DNA of 64,000 nucleotides from positions 372,001-436,000 of the forward strand of contig NIVC01000516.1 of the NCBI GenBank assembly GCA_002269645.1, given 5' to 3'. Under the pieces are notes generated by a model. That model was not told where the DNA came from. It saw only the letters and a list, made by a program, of their open reading frames with translations, and did no database searches. Position 1 is the stretch's first letter, and each line of letters starts with the position of its first letter. Origin of the DNA: Macrostomum lignano. Taxonomy: Eukaryota. A program made the translations under genes and the position numbers. Below are positions 12,732 through 25,034 of this stretch, one piece after another.

Positions 12732-13028
12732 CGAGCAGCAAACGGTGGTCGCCTATCTCCAGCTGTCTAACAGCGGCCAGCGCAGCCGAGAAGACGCCAT
12801 ACGGGCCTACCTGCGACTGGCCTCCGGGCTGCCAAATTTCGGTCAGTCGCAGTACAGCGTCACGGATTCGAGCGGCTTACCCTGGTGGCTAGGCTTTAGC
12901 CATCGGGGCGTGTCGGTTTACGATTATAACGACAGGCGGCACTATCGGTGTTGCTATTCCTGGAGTAGCCTGGAGAATATCTACTGCCGGGATAGGAAGT
13001 TCACCATCGATGTGCGCTGCGATAGAAA
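12732..13028 (+). CDS. FRMD4: FRMD4-like exon 4 (FERM F2-F3)
   Basis: cag|(C)EQQTVVAYLQL...SREDAIRAYLRLASGLPNFG...DSSGLPWWLGFSHRGV..YDYNDR..YSWSSLENIYCRDRKFTIDV, ending |gtgagt. Matches FRMD4 GIPWWLGLSYKG...WRQLENLYFREKKF. Confidence 0.95.
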
Positions 13029-13079
13029 GTGAGTTGCTTTTCAATAGTTTACCCAGTATCCATTCAGATCGGGACAATT

Positions 13080-13465
13080 CTCCATACCCATCTTGATCCC
13101 ATTCTCCATCCTCATTCCGATCCCAATCCCAATCCCCCCGGGACAGCCCTGCAGCTAAGTCAAGCCCAATCCCGATCCCATTATGAATCCCCAATCCTGA
13201 TCCCATTCTTGATCCAAATCCTAATCCCATTCTTAATCCCTAATCCTGATCCCATTCTTGTAGCTAATCCCGATCTCATTCTTAATCCCCAATCCTAATC
13301 CTATTCTTGATCCCAATCCTGATCCCATCTACATACCCAATCTTGATCCCAAATCCTGATCCCATTCTTGATCCAAAATATTGATCCCAAATCACGATCC
13401 CATTATTGATCTTAATCTTAATCCCAATCTAATTCTGAGTCTTAATCCTCATTCTATAATCCATC
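13080..13465. repeat. Degenerate gatccc/aatccc short-period array
   Basis: Recurring (t)gatccca(tt) and taatccc. Confidence 0.8.
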
Positions 13466-13470
13466 CCATG

Positions 13471-13725
13471 GGGAGGGCCGTAGCCCAGTGGTCTAACGCG
13501 GCGTTCTGATGTGCTAGCGGCCCAGGTTCGATTCCAAGTGCAGTCACATCAATTTGGGGTTAAATTGGAATCTCGGCTTGGCTCTGCTCGTGCAATTAAA
13601 GGCACAGTGAAGTGTACATGCCTAACGATAAATAAAGTTAGGGCCGCTGTACACTCATGTCTGAGTGTGTGCCTGCTCAGGGGAGTCAGTCAGACTTTCT
13701 AAGAGTGGATTAATAGAAATTATTT
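13471..13725 (+). mobile_element. tRNA-headed SINE, family B
   Basis: A box tagcccagtgg (13481) and B box ggttcgattcc (13525), followed by a non-tRNA body. No complete cloverleaf. Confidence 0.6.
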
Positions 13726-13809
13726 TCAAGCCAAAAGTTATCAAGACTGTTCTACTAAGGCTTAAGCCATGCTAGTTAATTGCTTTCTGGACTTGAAGAA
13801 ATTTTAACA

Positions 13810-14230
13810 GCACGGGCGTTGTACTCGGGCTTTCCTGTTGATTACCATCAGTGCCTGCACCCCTGCCTTCCTCCCCCGAGCAGCAACACTGCTAGCGAAC
13901 TGCAGAGGTGGACACCATATGACCAAACTGTTCTTAGTTTATATATCTTGCTATAAGCCTGCTTCGGATTCTAGACTATCTCTGTAGCATCTTGCTTTTG
14001 CTTTTAGTAGCTTCTTCTTGGCTTTATTCTGTAGCTTCCATTTTCTATCGTTTTAGATATAGCCTACTATATAACCGGGTTGCCTGTTAAACCTTTGCCG
14101 TTAAGCCAAGCAAATTGCTGCTTTTACACCCCGGCCTTGTCTTTCTATCTATCTATCTATCTCTTTCTCTCTCGCCTTTCACTCTGTTTCAATGCTATCA
14201 ATAAAACTGTGTGTTAGCACGACCCCCCCC
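13810..14230 (+). mobile_element. Possible solo LTR or other repeat remnant
   Basis: TATA-like ctatataa near 14066, AATAAA near 14200, ends in CA, and ttaac occurs on both sides. The 5' TG terminus is not clear. Confidence 0.25.
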
Positions 14231-14539
14231 CCAGAACTTCGGAGGCACGCATTAACTGCTGATCATGATAATAATTATGCTAAAACTTATTCTGAACTGT
14301 GCGCTACTTGCAAATTATACTTCTGTACAATTTTATGCTATCCGCGTTTGCTAGTTAATCGTTATTCATGATATGCTTTTAGCAAACTTCAGCCATTGCT
14401 TAAATGTCAATTTTACTACTTTTAAGTAGAAAATTGGGATAGTTTATGCGCACAGAGTCGTAATAATAGACTCTTCAATATTGGCTTTCTTTAAGCGCTT
14501 GCTTGTAGAAAAATCTTATTTAGTGGCTTTTAAGAATTC

Positions 14540-15600
14540 ATCCAGGGCCCTGAACTAGTAGCAGGGTAGTGTCTAGTAGTTATGTCTAGTAACTAGTAGT
14601 AGGGTTGTGTCCCCTCATCCAGGGCCCTGAACTAGTAGCAGGGTAGTGTCTAGTAGTTATGTCTAGTAACTAGTAGTAGGGTTGTGTCCCCTCATCCAGG
14701 GCCCTGTACTAGTAGTAGCTGGGGTAGTGTCCCCTCATCCAGGGCCCTGTACTAGTAGTAGCTGGGGTAGTGTCCCCTCATCCAGGGCCCTGTACTAGTA
14801 GTAGCTGGGGTAGTGTCCCCTCATCCAGGGCCCTGTACTAGTAGTAGCTGGGGTAGTGTCCCCTCATCCAGGGCCCTGTACTAGTAGTAGCTGAGGTAGT
14901 GTCCCCTCATCCAGGGCCCTGTACTAGTAGTACTTGGGTAGTGTCCCCTCATCCAGGGCCCTGTACTAGTAGTAGCTGAGGTAGTGTCCCCTCATCCAGG
15001 GCCCTGTACTAGTAGTAGCTGAGGTAGTGTCCCCTCATCCAGGGCCCTGTACTAGTAGTACTTGGGGTAGTGTCCCCTCATCCAGGGCCCTGTACTAGTA
15101 GTAGCTGAGGTAGTGTCCCCTCATCCAGGGCCCTGTACTAGTAGTAGCTGGGGTAGTGTCCCCTCATCCAGGGCCCTGTACTAGTAGTAGCTGAGGTAGT
15201 GTCCCCTCATCCAGGGCCCTGTACTAGTAGTAGCTGAGGTAGTGTCCCCTCATCCAGGGCCCTGTACTAGTAGTAGCTGGGGTAGTGTCCCCTCATCCAG
15301 GGCCCTGTACTAGTAGTAGCTGGGGTAGTGTCCCCTCATCCAGGGCCCTGTACTAGTAGTAGCTGGGGTAGTGTCCCCTCATCCAGGGCCCTGTACTAGT
15401 AGTAGCTGAGGTAGTGTCCCCTCATCCAGGGCCCTGTACTAGTAGTAGCTGGGGTAGTGTCCCCTCATCCAGGGCCCTGTACTAGTAGTAGCTGGGGTAG
15501 TGTCCCCTCATCCAGGGCCCTGTACTAGTAGTAGCTGAGGTAGTGTCCCCTCATCCAGGGCCCTGTACTAGTAGTAGCTGAGGTAGTGTCCCCTCATCAA
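14540..15600. repeat. 43-bp minisatellite
   Basis: Unit gccctgtactagtagtagctggggtagtgtcccctcatccagg. Confidence 0.97.
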
Positions 15601-15662
15601 GGGCACTACAGGCCGGCCTTTCAATCGCCGTGCATCGATCGCCCCTTAATCCGCCCCTGCAG

Positions 15663-15873
15663 AGCCCCCCTGAGCCGTTGGAGTTTCGGCAAAGGCGACC
15701 GGATCGCTTCGCGCTGTTGGTTCGCCGACTCGGCCCAGACTGCCCGGCGAATATTCGATTTCGCCACCTCGCAGCACGAGTTTCTGATTAAATTCGATGA
15801 CCAGTCTGTGGATTTCTATGCTGAGGCAGTAAAAGGCTGCGGCAGCGCCGGGCGGCGGGCCAGCGAGGACAGG
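15663..15873 (+). CDS. FRMD4: FRMD4-like exon 5 (end of FERM F3)
   Basis: tgcag|...SRWSFGKGDRIASRCWFADSAQTARRIFDFATSQHEFL...EDR|gtaaga. Matches FRMD4 RRTFG...WY...IW.MAISQHQF. Phases fit. Confidence 0.9.
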
Positions 15874-15919
15874 GTAAGAGTTATATTGATTGATTTTTGA
15901 AGATTAGATAATTATTCAG

Positions 15920-17120
15920 GCAGGGGAATTTATCTGGATGAGGGAATTTTTCAGGCCGGGGAATTCTTCTGGATGAGGGAATTTTTGAGGCAGGGGAATT
16001 CTTCTGGATAAGGGAATTTTTCAGCCCGGGGAATTCTTCTGGATGAGGGAATTTTGCAGGCCGGGGAATTCTTCTGGATAAGGGAATTTTTGAGGCAAGG
16101 GAATTCTTCTGGATAAGGGAATTTTTCAGCCCGGGGAATTCTTCTGGATTAGGAAATTTTTCAGACCGGGGAATTCTTCTGGATGAGGAAATTTTTCAGG
16201 CAGGGGAATTCATCCGGAGGGAATTATTCAGACAGGGAATTCTTCTGGATGAGAGAATTATTCGGATAGGGGAATTCTTCTGGATGAGAGAATTAATTCA
16301 AATGGGGGAATTCTTCTGAATTAAGGAATTATTCAGATAGGGGAATTCTTCTGAATGAGGGAATTAATTCAGATGGGGGAATTCTGGATTAAGGAATTAT
16401 TCAGACAGGGGAATTCTTCTGGAGGGAATTATTCAGACAGGGTATCCTGGATTAAAGAATTATTCAGATAGGGGAATTCATCTGGATGATGGAATTTTTC
16501 AGGCAGGGGAATTCATCCGGAGGGAATTATTCAGACAGGGTATCCTGGATTAAAGAATTATTCAGATAGGGGAATTCATCTGGATGATGGAATTTTTCAG
16601 GCAGGGGAATTCATCCGGAGGGAATTATTCAGACAGGGAATTCTTCTGGATGAGAGAATTAATTCAGATGGGGGAATTCTTCTGGATGAGAGAATTAATT
16701 CAGATGGAGGAATTCTTCTGGATTAAGGAATTATTCAGACAGGGGAATTCTTCGGGATGAGGGAATTATTCAGATAGGGGAATTCTTCTGGATTAAGGAA
16801 TTATTCAGACAGGAGAATTCATCTGGATGATGGAATTTTTCAGGCAGGGGAATTCATCCGGAGGGAATTATTCAGACAGGGAATTCTTCTGGATGAGAGA
16901 ATTAATTCAGATGGGGGAATTCTTCTGGATGAGAGAATTAATTCAGATGGGGGAATTCTTCTGGATGAGAGAATTAATTCAGATGGGGGAATTCTTCTGG
17001 ATTATGGAATTTTTCAGGCAGGGGAATTCATCCGGAGGGAATTATTCAGACAGGGAATTCTTCTGGATTAAGGAATTATTCAGATAGGGGAATTCTTCTG
17101 AATGAGGGAACTATTCACTC
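15920..17120. repeat. 35-36-bp GGAATT(C)-rich minisatellite
   Basis: Unit ggggaattcttctggatgagagaattaattcagatg, made of two related halves. Confidence 0.93.
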
Positions 17121-17669
17121 ATGCTTATTATTTGTTAGCGAAAAATTTTATATTTACAGAGAGTTAACAAAGCTTAGGAACTTAGAGCTGCCTTTCTTTG
17201 TTTCAAGTCTTAACAAAGACACGCGAGTCAGTTACATATAATAAAATATGCCAGTATGAGAGTTTTTTATCTAACAGACCTATTTTGACCTTGCCTGACC
17301 CATTGAGATCCCTATGGTATAAATGAACTAAGTTTTTCTATTCATATAGCGATAGATATCGGATATCCCATGGGATACGGATGGATTGCGCTTAACTCCT
17401 TCTTTTCCCATCTCCATTTCGTAATCTGGGACCTGGATAGCGCGGCGGCTTCTTCCCAGTATTTTATTGTAGCTACAGTATAAGGATTTTATTTCGTCTG
17501 TCCCAGATAGTATTTATCCTCCCCATCCGCCCTGTTTTGTGCGTTCCTGGCAAAGCTTAATACATCTGGCCAGGGGCATTCTCCGGAGATGGGTGGGGTG
17601 ACTAATGGCTTTCCTGGGATTCTAGTTAGCATGCATAGCCTAGCTTGACCCGTCTGCCCCCTCTCGATA

Positions 17670-18510
17670 GAGCCACTTAACGGTCATGAGAATCGCCACT
17701 TAACGGTCATGAAAATCGCCACTTAAACGGTCATGAGAATCGCCACTTAACGGTCATGAGAATCGCCACTTAACGGTCATGAGAATCGCCATTTAACGGT
17801 CATGAGAATCGCCACTAAACGGCCATGAGAATAGCCACTTAACGGTCATGAGAATCGCCACTTAACGGTCATGAGAATCGCCACTTAACGGTCATGAAAA
17901 TCGCCACTTAACGGTCATGAGAATCGCCACTTAACCGGTCATGAGAATCGCCACTTAACGGTCATGAGAATCGCCACTTAACGGTCATGAAAATCGCCAC
18001 TTAACGGTCATGAGAATCGCCACTTAACGGTCATGAGAATCGCCACTTAACGACCATGAGAATCGTCATTTAACGGTCATGAGAATCACCACTAAACGGC
18101 CATGAGAATCGCCACTTAACGGTCATGAGAATCGCCACTTAACGACCATGAGAATCGTCATTTAACGGTCATTAGAATCGCCACTTAACGGTCATTAGAA
18201 TCGCCACTTAACGGCCATGAGAATCGCCACTTAACGGCCATGAGAATCGCCACTTAACGGCCATGAGAATCGCCACTTAAAGGCCATGAGAATCGCCACT
18301 TAACGACCATGAGAATCGTCATTTAACGGCCATGAAAATCGCCACTTAACGGCCATGAGAATCGTCATTTAACGGTCATGAGAATCGCCACTTAACGGCC
18401 ATGAGAATCGTCATTTAACGGTCATGAGAATCGTCACTTAACGGTCATGAGAATCGTTATTTAACGGTCATGAGAATCGTCACTTAACGGTCATGAGAAT
18501 CGCCACTTAA
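17670..18510. repeat. 23-bp minisatellite
   Basis: Unit gccacttaacggtcatgagaatc. Confidence 0.97.
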
Positions 18511-19029
18511 TTTGTGCTATTATATTTCTAGACTGAATAATCGTATTGTCTGGTTCCAATCCAGAAGCTATGCCTTGAAAGTCCTTGGTGTCTGATATCG
18601 GCCAAGCGCTGCGCAAGCATTCCCTCTCGTGCCCAGCCCGTGCAGAGCCTAAATGTATTTTCAACCAATAAGTAATGACTGCATGACTCATCACCGCTAC
18701 AGTTCCAGTCAATATTCTGTTATTATTATCTTTCCTTCTTCCTGCCTGCCACCCTTTTCATGCCTCTGTAAAGTTGGTGCAACCAATGCACTTTTAATCC
18801 TCTTCCTCGACTTATTTTGCGCTGGCCCAAGCAGCCCTGGTCTAACTTATTTATCTTCTACAATACGTCTAAAAGGCTTGTTTCCCAGCTGTTAATTATT
18901 TATTGCGAGTATTGCATAACCGCAACATGGATAGCCCTATATGATGGAACGCACGTTAAGATTTTTAGTTGCTAATTAGAATCGGAAGAACGTGCTTATC
19001 GAAGAGACTGAAAGAGAGAGCTTTAAACT

Positions 19030-20190
19030 CGACTTTTTACCGCCTCGACGTACTATCAACCTTGTACCGCCTTGAGACACAATTGACCTTGTACCGCCTT
19101 GAGAAACAATTGACCTTGTACCACCTTGAGACACAATCGACCTTGTACCACCTTGAGACACAATCGACCTTGTACCACCTTGAGACAATCGACCTTGTAC
19201 CACCTTGAGACACAATCGACCTTGTACCACCTTGAGAAACAATCGACCTTGCACCGCCTTGAGAAACAATCGACCTTTTACCGCCTTGAGACACAATTGA
19301 CCTTTTACCGCCTTGAGACACAGTTGACCTTTTACCGCCTTAAGACACAATTGACCTTTTACCGCCTTGAGACACAATTGACCTTTTACCGCTTTGAGAC
19401 ACAATCAACCTTGTACCGCCTTGAAACACAATCGAGCTTTTACCACCTTGGGACACAATCGACCTTGTACCACCTTGAGACACAATCGACCTTGTACCAC
19501 CTTGAGACACAATCGACCTTGTACCACCTTGAGAAACAATCGAACTTGCACCGCCTTGAGAAACAATCGACCTTTTACCGCCTTGAGACACAATTGACCT
19601 TTTACCGCCTTGAGACACAGTTGACCTTTTACCGCCTTAAGACACAATTGACCTTTTACCGCCTTGAGACACAATTGACCTTTTACCGCTTTGAGACACA
19701 ATCAACCTTGTACCGCCTTGAAACACAATCGAGCTTTTACCACCTTGGGACACAATCGACCTTGTACCACCTTGAGACACAATCGACCTTGTACCACCTT
19801 GAGACACAATCGACCTTGTACCACCTTGAGAAACAATCGAACTTGCACCGCCTTGAGAAACAATCGACCTTTTACCGCCTTGAGACACAATTGACCTTTT
19901 ACCGCCTTGAGACACAATTGACCTTTTACCGCCTTGAGACACAATTGACCTTTTACCGCCTTGAGACACAATTGACCTTTTACCGCTTTGAGACACAATT
20001 GACCTTTTACCGCCTTGAGACACAATTGACCTTTTACCGCCTTGAGACACAATTGACCTTTTACCGCTTTGAGACACAATTGACCTTTTACCGCTTTGAG
20101 ACACAATCTACCTTTTACCGCCTTAAGACACAATCGATCTTGTACCGCCTTGATACACAATCGACCTTGTACCGCCTTAAAGCACAACTG
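19030..20190. repeat. 27-bp minisatellite with a 297-bp higher-order duplication
   Basis: Unit cgccttgagacacaattgaccttttac. Identical ORFs start at 19394 and 19691. Confidence 0.96.
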
Positions 20191-20960
20191 TCCTATGTAC
20201 AAAACTATTTCGGACAAATTAGAAATTTTCTTGCTTAGTTGCGTATGTCGGCGTTGTACACTGTTTAGTGTCATCTACTAAAAGGTAGAAAACGCCGCCA
20301 ATAGGCATTAAAAAGAGATGCTTAAAGACTGCTAATTAAGCAAGCTCACTAAGTTTAGCCCAACGTGCTTATCGAAAGAGGGTAGAAAGCTTAGAGCAAG
20401 GGCGACAAAAGGTGTTGATTGACTGAAACTATGGAGGCATGAAAACTGAAAGAGAAGGAGCCAGAAAATTCTACAGTATGTAAGTATATATAAGTTTACT
20501 GCGCAAATTCTAACTCCTTTTTTACCTGGTTCCATACGGGAAGCAATTCTGGCATATCAACCCGTAGGTGTATATTATTCCATGGTAGCATATTTTTCTG
20601 CTTATATTTCCTCTAGCTAAAATATTGCTAAAATGCACATCAGAATCGTGAAAAAACGACGCGGATCGTACAACCTTGTGAGTCTGGATAAAGTTCTCTG
20701 ACTTCTTTGTCGGCTAGATTAGCTATCCATTCTATTCTTGTGCTATTCATTCTATTCCTGTTCTATCGATTGTATTCCTAGTCTATAAGAATAGAGTAGC
20801 CACATAATGAATGTGTAAAATCTGATCAGTCGCTCAATATTGTTCATTTTCTACCACAAATATTTAAGCCTAAACCGTATTAGTTAGACCATAATGTTGC
20901 TTATAGTACTTTATTCTATGGCCATAACTTCAGTCAGTTACACATTTGCTATTCTCCCAG

Positions 20961-21123
20961 GTGTCTCTGGCGTCAGCCACTGCGAGTCCCTCCAACATTG
21001 AGCTGCCTGTTGTGGTTACGCCGCCTGACAACGCCTTAGCAACCGCCACCTTTCATTCAGGTAGTAGCAGCGCGGGCGGTAGAAGTCTGCGCGATCTGAA
21101 AACATCGCAGCATCCGGCTCTGT
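20961..21123 (+). CDS. FRMD4: FRMD4-like exon 6 (linker)
   Basis: ttctcccag|VSLASATASPSNIELP...HPAL-T|gtaag. Phase 0 in, phase 1 out, fitting both neighbours. An alternative phase-1 donor lies at 21061. Confidence 0.65.
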
Positions 21124-21159
21124 GTAAGAATAAGTGCTTCTGTAACCTGTTTGCCGCCT

Positions 21160-21310
21160 GTTAACCTGAGAGTCACACTGTTATTGACCTGAGAATTTCC
21201 CTGTTTTTAACCTGAGAATTTTTCCTGTTATTAGCCTGAGAATTTCCCTGTTATTAGCCTGAGAATTTCCCTGTTATTAGCCTGAGAATTTCCCTGTTAT
21301 TAACCTGAAA
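21160..21310. repeat. 23-bp minisatellite
   Basis: Unit cctgagaatttccctgttattag. Confidence 0.85.
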
Positions 21311-22081
21311 TTATATTAGAAAACTTGCACTATGGACAAGCCCCTTATACAGTGGAGATTTATGGAAGCGCTTGTGTTGGCGGGGCACTGCAAGTTCTAC
21401 GCATAAGTTAATTGCTTAGATTCATTTTCCTCTGGCGTGCCCGAGCATATTACTTTAGTATTAATGCACTAAGCATATAGTGTCTGATACAGTGTGATTT
21501 AGGTTGGGTGCAGTGCAGTCAGAATGTTTTCTACTGCGCTTCAAGTTTCCTGCTTTCCAGTTAATCCAGTCAGCCGCATTCCAGCCTACAATAAATCAAC
21601 GATTGAGAGTATGATTCGCTATTGCGAATCGAACCCGGGACCTCCATTCTTGCTAATGTATCCTATTCATGAGCTCTATTAAATTAGAGCTCTATATATA
21701 TTAATGGGTAAATAAATTTGTTAAGATTCGAACTCGGGACCTCCAAAGTACTGATTCTGCTTCTTGACCGCATAATTAGCGTACTTAAATATAAGACTCG
21801 AAAATAGACTTGTGAGTGTATTTTTACAGAATCGAACCCGGGACCTTTTTAAACTACTAATTTAGCGACCTAACTGTTGTGTGATTAGTGTTGAGAATAA
21901 AATTAATAACAATGAGCTTTTATTTGATATACTTGATACACTACTGATAGTAGAAATGTAGCAAAAATCATTTAAATTCTAACTAATAAAAACAACGAGG
22001 GTGTACGCGATGCTCTACTAGTAGTAAAAATATTGATATTAGCTTTTTAGTTACTCCGCGCGACTTTTGCGAATCTTTCAG

Positions 22082-22461
22082 ATAACAGCTCGCAGAGTGT
22101 GAACCGGCTCCCAGCCCAGTTGCCAAGTATCCTGACCGACCCCAGCGACGACTGTTGCTCGCTGTCGCAGCAGAGCGTTGGCTCTTCGACATCGTCGGAT
22201 CTGTTGCAACAGTCGGCGGTAATCAAAGCGGCTACATCCAGGCATCTGCGCCAGCAGCAGCACGCCAGACACCTGTGCCAGCTGACCATCGGCAGCGGCG
22301 GCAGCAGCGGCAACACTTTGCGGCCTTTGAGGAAGTTGAGTTCTGGCGAGCGGCGCCGGCTGCTGGAGCGGTACAGGGAGCTGCGCAGCCTCCTGGCAGA
22401 GTTAAGGACGCGGAAGGCTGAAAGAGAAGAAGAACTGGCTAGATTGATTGCGCAAGAGAAG
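22082..22461 (+). CDS. FRMD4: FRMD4-like exon 7 (first coiled coil)
   Basis: tctttcag|...LLERYRELRSLLAELRTRKAEREEELARLIAQEK|gtttgt, resembling FRMD4 ALKSRQEALEETL...LCLRE. GC-rich coding composition. Confidence 0.8.
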
Positions 22462-22489
22462 GTTTGTCTCTTAAACTGGGTGGTTAACT

Positions 22490-23070
22490 ATCTGTAGATA
22501 ACTTTTTTGAGTGTCTGTAGATTTCTTATTTGAGTGTCTGTAGATTTCTTATTTGGGTGTCTGTAGATGTCTTATTTGAGTGTCTGTAGATGTCTTATTT
22601 GAGTGTCTGTAGATGTCTTATTTGGGTGTCTGCAGATGTCTTATTTGGGTGTCTGCAGATAATCTCATTTGAGTGTCTGTAGATGTCTCATTTGAGTGTC
22701 TGTAGATGTCTTATTTGGGTGTCTGTAGATGTCTTATTTGGGTGTCTGCAGATGTCTCATTTGGGTGTCTGTAGATGTCTTATTTGGGTGTCTGCAGATG
22801 TCTCATTTGGGTGTCTGCAGATAATCTCATTTGAGTGTCTGTAGATGTCTTATTTGGGTGTCTGCAGATGTTTCATTTGGGTGTCTGTAGATGTCTTATT
22901 TGGGTGTCTGCAGATGTCTCATTTGGGTGTCTGTAGATATCTTATTTGGGTGTCTGTAGATAATCTCATTTGAGTGTCTGCAGATGTCTCATTTGAGTGT
23001 CTGTAGATGTCTTGCTTGAGTGTCTGTAGATGTCTCATTTGAGTGTCTGTAGATGTCTTATTTGAGTCCC
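22490..23070. repeat. 23-bp minisatellite
   Basis: Unit gtgtctgtagatgtcttatttga. Confidence 0.95.
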
Positions 23071-23324
23071 TTAATAGATGATCATGAATGGGTTGATTAT
23101 TAGGTATCTAGAGATGTCTATTTGTGTCTACAGATGTCTAAATACGTTGTCCATAGATGCTTGTTTATTGGCTGATTCAGCGTGATCCTGTGTCTACCGA
23201 ATAAATTCGAGCTAGATTGCAATTTTCGGTGCCTCGCAGTCTTGTCTATCGGTGCCTGTTTCACTGTCTATCAGATATCTGAGAGTTGTATAGAAATGAA
23301 TCGCCTACCTACCTATTGCACCAG

Positions 23325-23519
23325 GCACTGGCCAACAACAGCCAGTCCTCTCTGGTTGATTCCGGCGGCGCCATTGGTAACAGAGGCGACTCGCCAGCCG
23401 ACCCCAATACCGAGGATACCAGATGCCTGCCAACTCAGTATCTGGTTGCCGTGGCAACTAACCAACACGAGGACAAGCAGCAGCAATGCAGCGAGACCGA
23501 ATCTCAACTGCAGCAACAG
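23325..23519 (+). CDS. FRMD4: FRMD4-like exon 8
   Basis: caccag|ALANNSQ...DTRCLPTQYL...ESQLQQQ|gttagt, phase 0/0. The acceptor choice is uncertain. Confidence 0.6.
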
Positions 23520-23624
23520 GTTAGTGACCTTTTATCGTCCCGTTCAGGTACAGACTGATGAGCAACAACATGCTGACATTCATCTGGATTAAGGACACAT
23601 TTACGGGAATAAAGTTTTCTATTC

Positions 23625-24360
23625 TCTTCTCTTCCCCTCCTTTCTCCCTCTCCTCTCCCCTCCTCTCCCCTCTCCCTCTCTCCTCTCCTCTCCTTTCTAT
23701 CTCTCCCCCTTCTCTCCTCTCTCTCCTCTCTCTCCTCTCCTCTCCTTTCTATCCCCGCCTTCTTTCCTCTCCTCTCCTCTCCTCTCGCTCTCCTCTCTCT
23801 CCTCTCCTCTCCTCTCTCTCCTCTCCTCTCCTCTCCTCTCTCTCTCATCTTCTCTCCTCTCCTCTCCACTCCTCTCCTCTCCTTTCTATCTCTCCCCCTT
23901 CTCTCCTCTCCTCTCCTTTCTATCCCCGCCTTCTTTCCTCTCCTCTCCTCTCCTCTCGCTCTCCTCTCTCTCCTCTCCTCTCCTCTCGCTCTCCTCTCTC
24001 TCCTCTCCTCTCCTCTCTCTCTCATCTTCTCTCCTCTCCTCTCCTCTCTCTCTCCTCTCTCTCTCCTCTCTCTCCTCTCTCTCCTCTCCTCTCTCTCCTC
24101 TCTCTCCTCTCTCTCCTCTCCTCTCTCTCCTCTCTCTCCTCTCTCTCCTCTCCTCTCTCTCCTCTCTCTCCTCTCCTCTCTCTCCTCTCCTCTCCTCTCC
24201 TCTCCTCTCCTCTCTCTCTCCTCTCTCTCCTCTCTCTCCTCTCTCTCTCCTCTCTCTCCTCTCTCTCCTCTCTCTCCTCTCCTCTCTCTCCTCTCTCTCC
24301 TCTCCTCTCTCTCCTCTCTCTCCTCTCCTCTCTCTCTCCTCTCCTCTCCTCTTATCTCCT
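23625..24360. repeat. CT-rich polypyrimidine array
   Basis: Almost pure C/T (ctctc, ctc). Confidence 0.97.
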
Positions 24361-24479
24361 ATCGGATTAGCGAAGCAGGGTTTAGCTTCCACTAGCGAGA
24401 ACTGTGTTTTAATATTTTATTTTCGGCTGGGTAGATAAACCCTTTAATGCACAATGCTGTGCACATTTTCCTAACGAGG

Positions 24480-24825
24480 ATAAAGTCCTTATGGACGCTT
24501 TTACATACCCTAGGCGAGTCGGTGTGTCTCTGTGTCAGTGCTCAGCTCCGAGATCAGAATGCCTACTTGCTGGCACTACCTGGTTACACCTGCCCTAATG
24601 GTCAGATGTGCAACCGACAGCTCAGCCGCAGCTATTGCGCGGCGCATCTGAAGCTGCGTTCAGTCCAAGGACTGGGAGGTCGCCACACACTCTCAATTAC
24701 CCTAGCTAATGCTGGCACCCATTTTACAGCTGGGTGAACTGAAGCAATGCAGAGTTGAGTGTCTTGCTCAAGGGCACAAATTGTTCCAAGTGGGTCGGGA
24801 ATCGAACCTCCGACCTTCCAGTCTT
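24480..24825 (-). mobile_element. tRNA-headed SINE, family A copy 2 (5'-truncated, longer 3' part)
   Basis: 24659-24823 aligns by eye to 11057-11225 (gttcagtcca...ggcaccc...tgtcttgctcaagg.cacaaattgttcc...ggaatcgaacc). Confidence 0.72.
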
Positions 24826-24867
24826 ACAACCCTCTATCAAGCTGACAACACCCTCTCTCATTACCAG

Positions 24868-25011
24868 CTCGAGCAATTGCAACAAGAGCTGGCCGTGCAC
24901 AAAGCCCTAGTCGAGGCCAGCACGCGGCTGCTTCGCGAGGCCAAGGAGTCGCGGCAGCCGCGTCAGCTTAAAAAGAAACGCATCGCCGAGTGCCAGCTGG
25001 CTAAGGAGCGG
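24868..25011 (+). CDS. FRMD4: FRMD4-like exon 9 (second coiled coil)
   Basis: ttaccag|LEQLQQELAVHKALVEASTRLLREAKESRQPRQLKKKRIAECQLAKER|gtatgg. Matches FRMD4 LERLEREFAIQSQITEAARRL...KKLKKQR. Confidence 0.85.
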
Positions 25012-25034
25012 GTATGGCATTTCAGGTGTTATTT

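Noticed and set aside
11190-13545. tRNA genes at 11190-11263 (-) and 13471-13545 (+)
   Set aside because: A and B boxes are present, but the acceptor and anticodon stems do not pair and SINE bodies follow.
17270-17650. Coding-looking unique island between two arrays
   Set aside because: No recognisable motif, and no phase-compatible splice sites found.
1-18510. CRISPR-like arrays (177-bp, 43-bp, 23-bp periodicities)
   Set aside because: These are head-to-tail tandem repeats with no unique spacers and no cas genes, in a eukaryotic context.
19126-20238. 370-aa RLETQLTFY-repeat ORF
   Set aside because: A 27-bp intronic minisatellite with no splice or start context.
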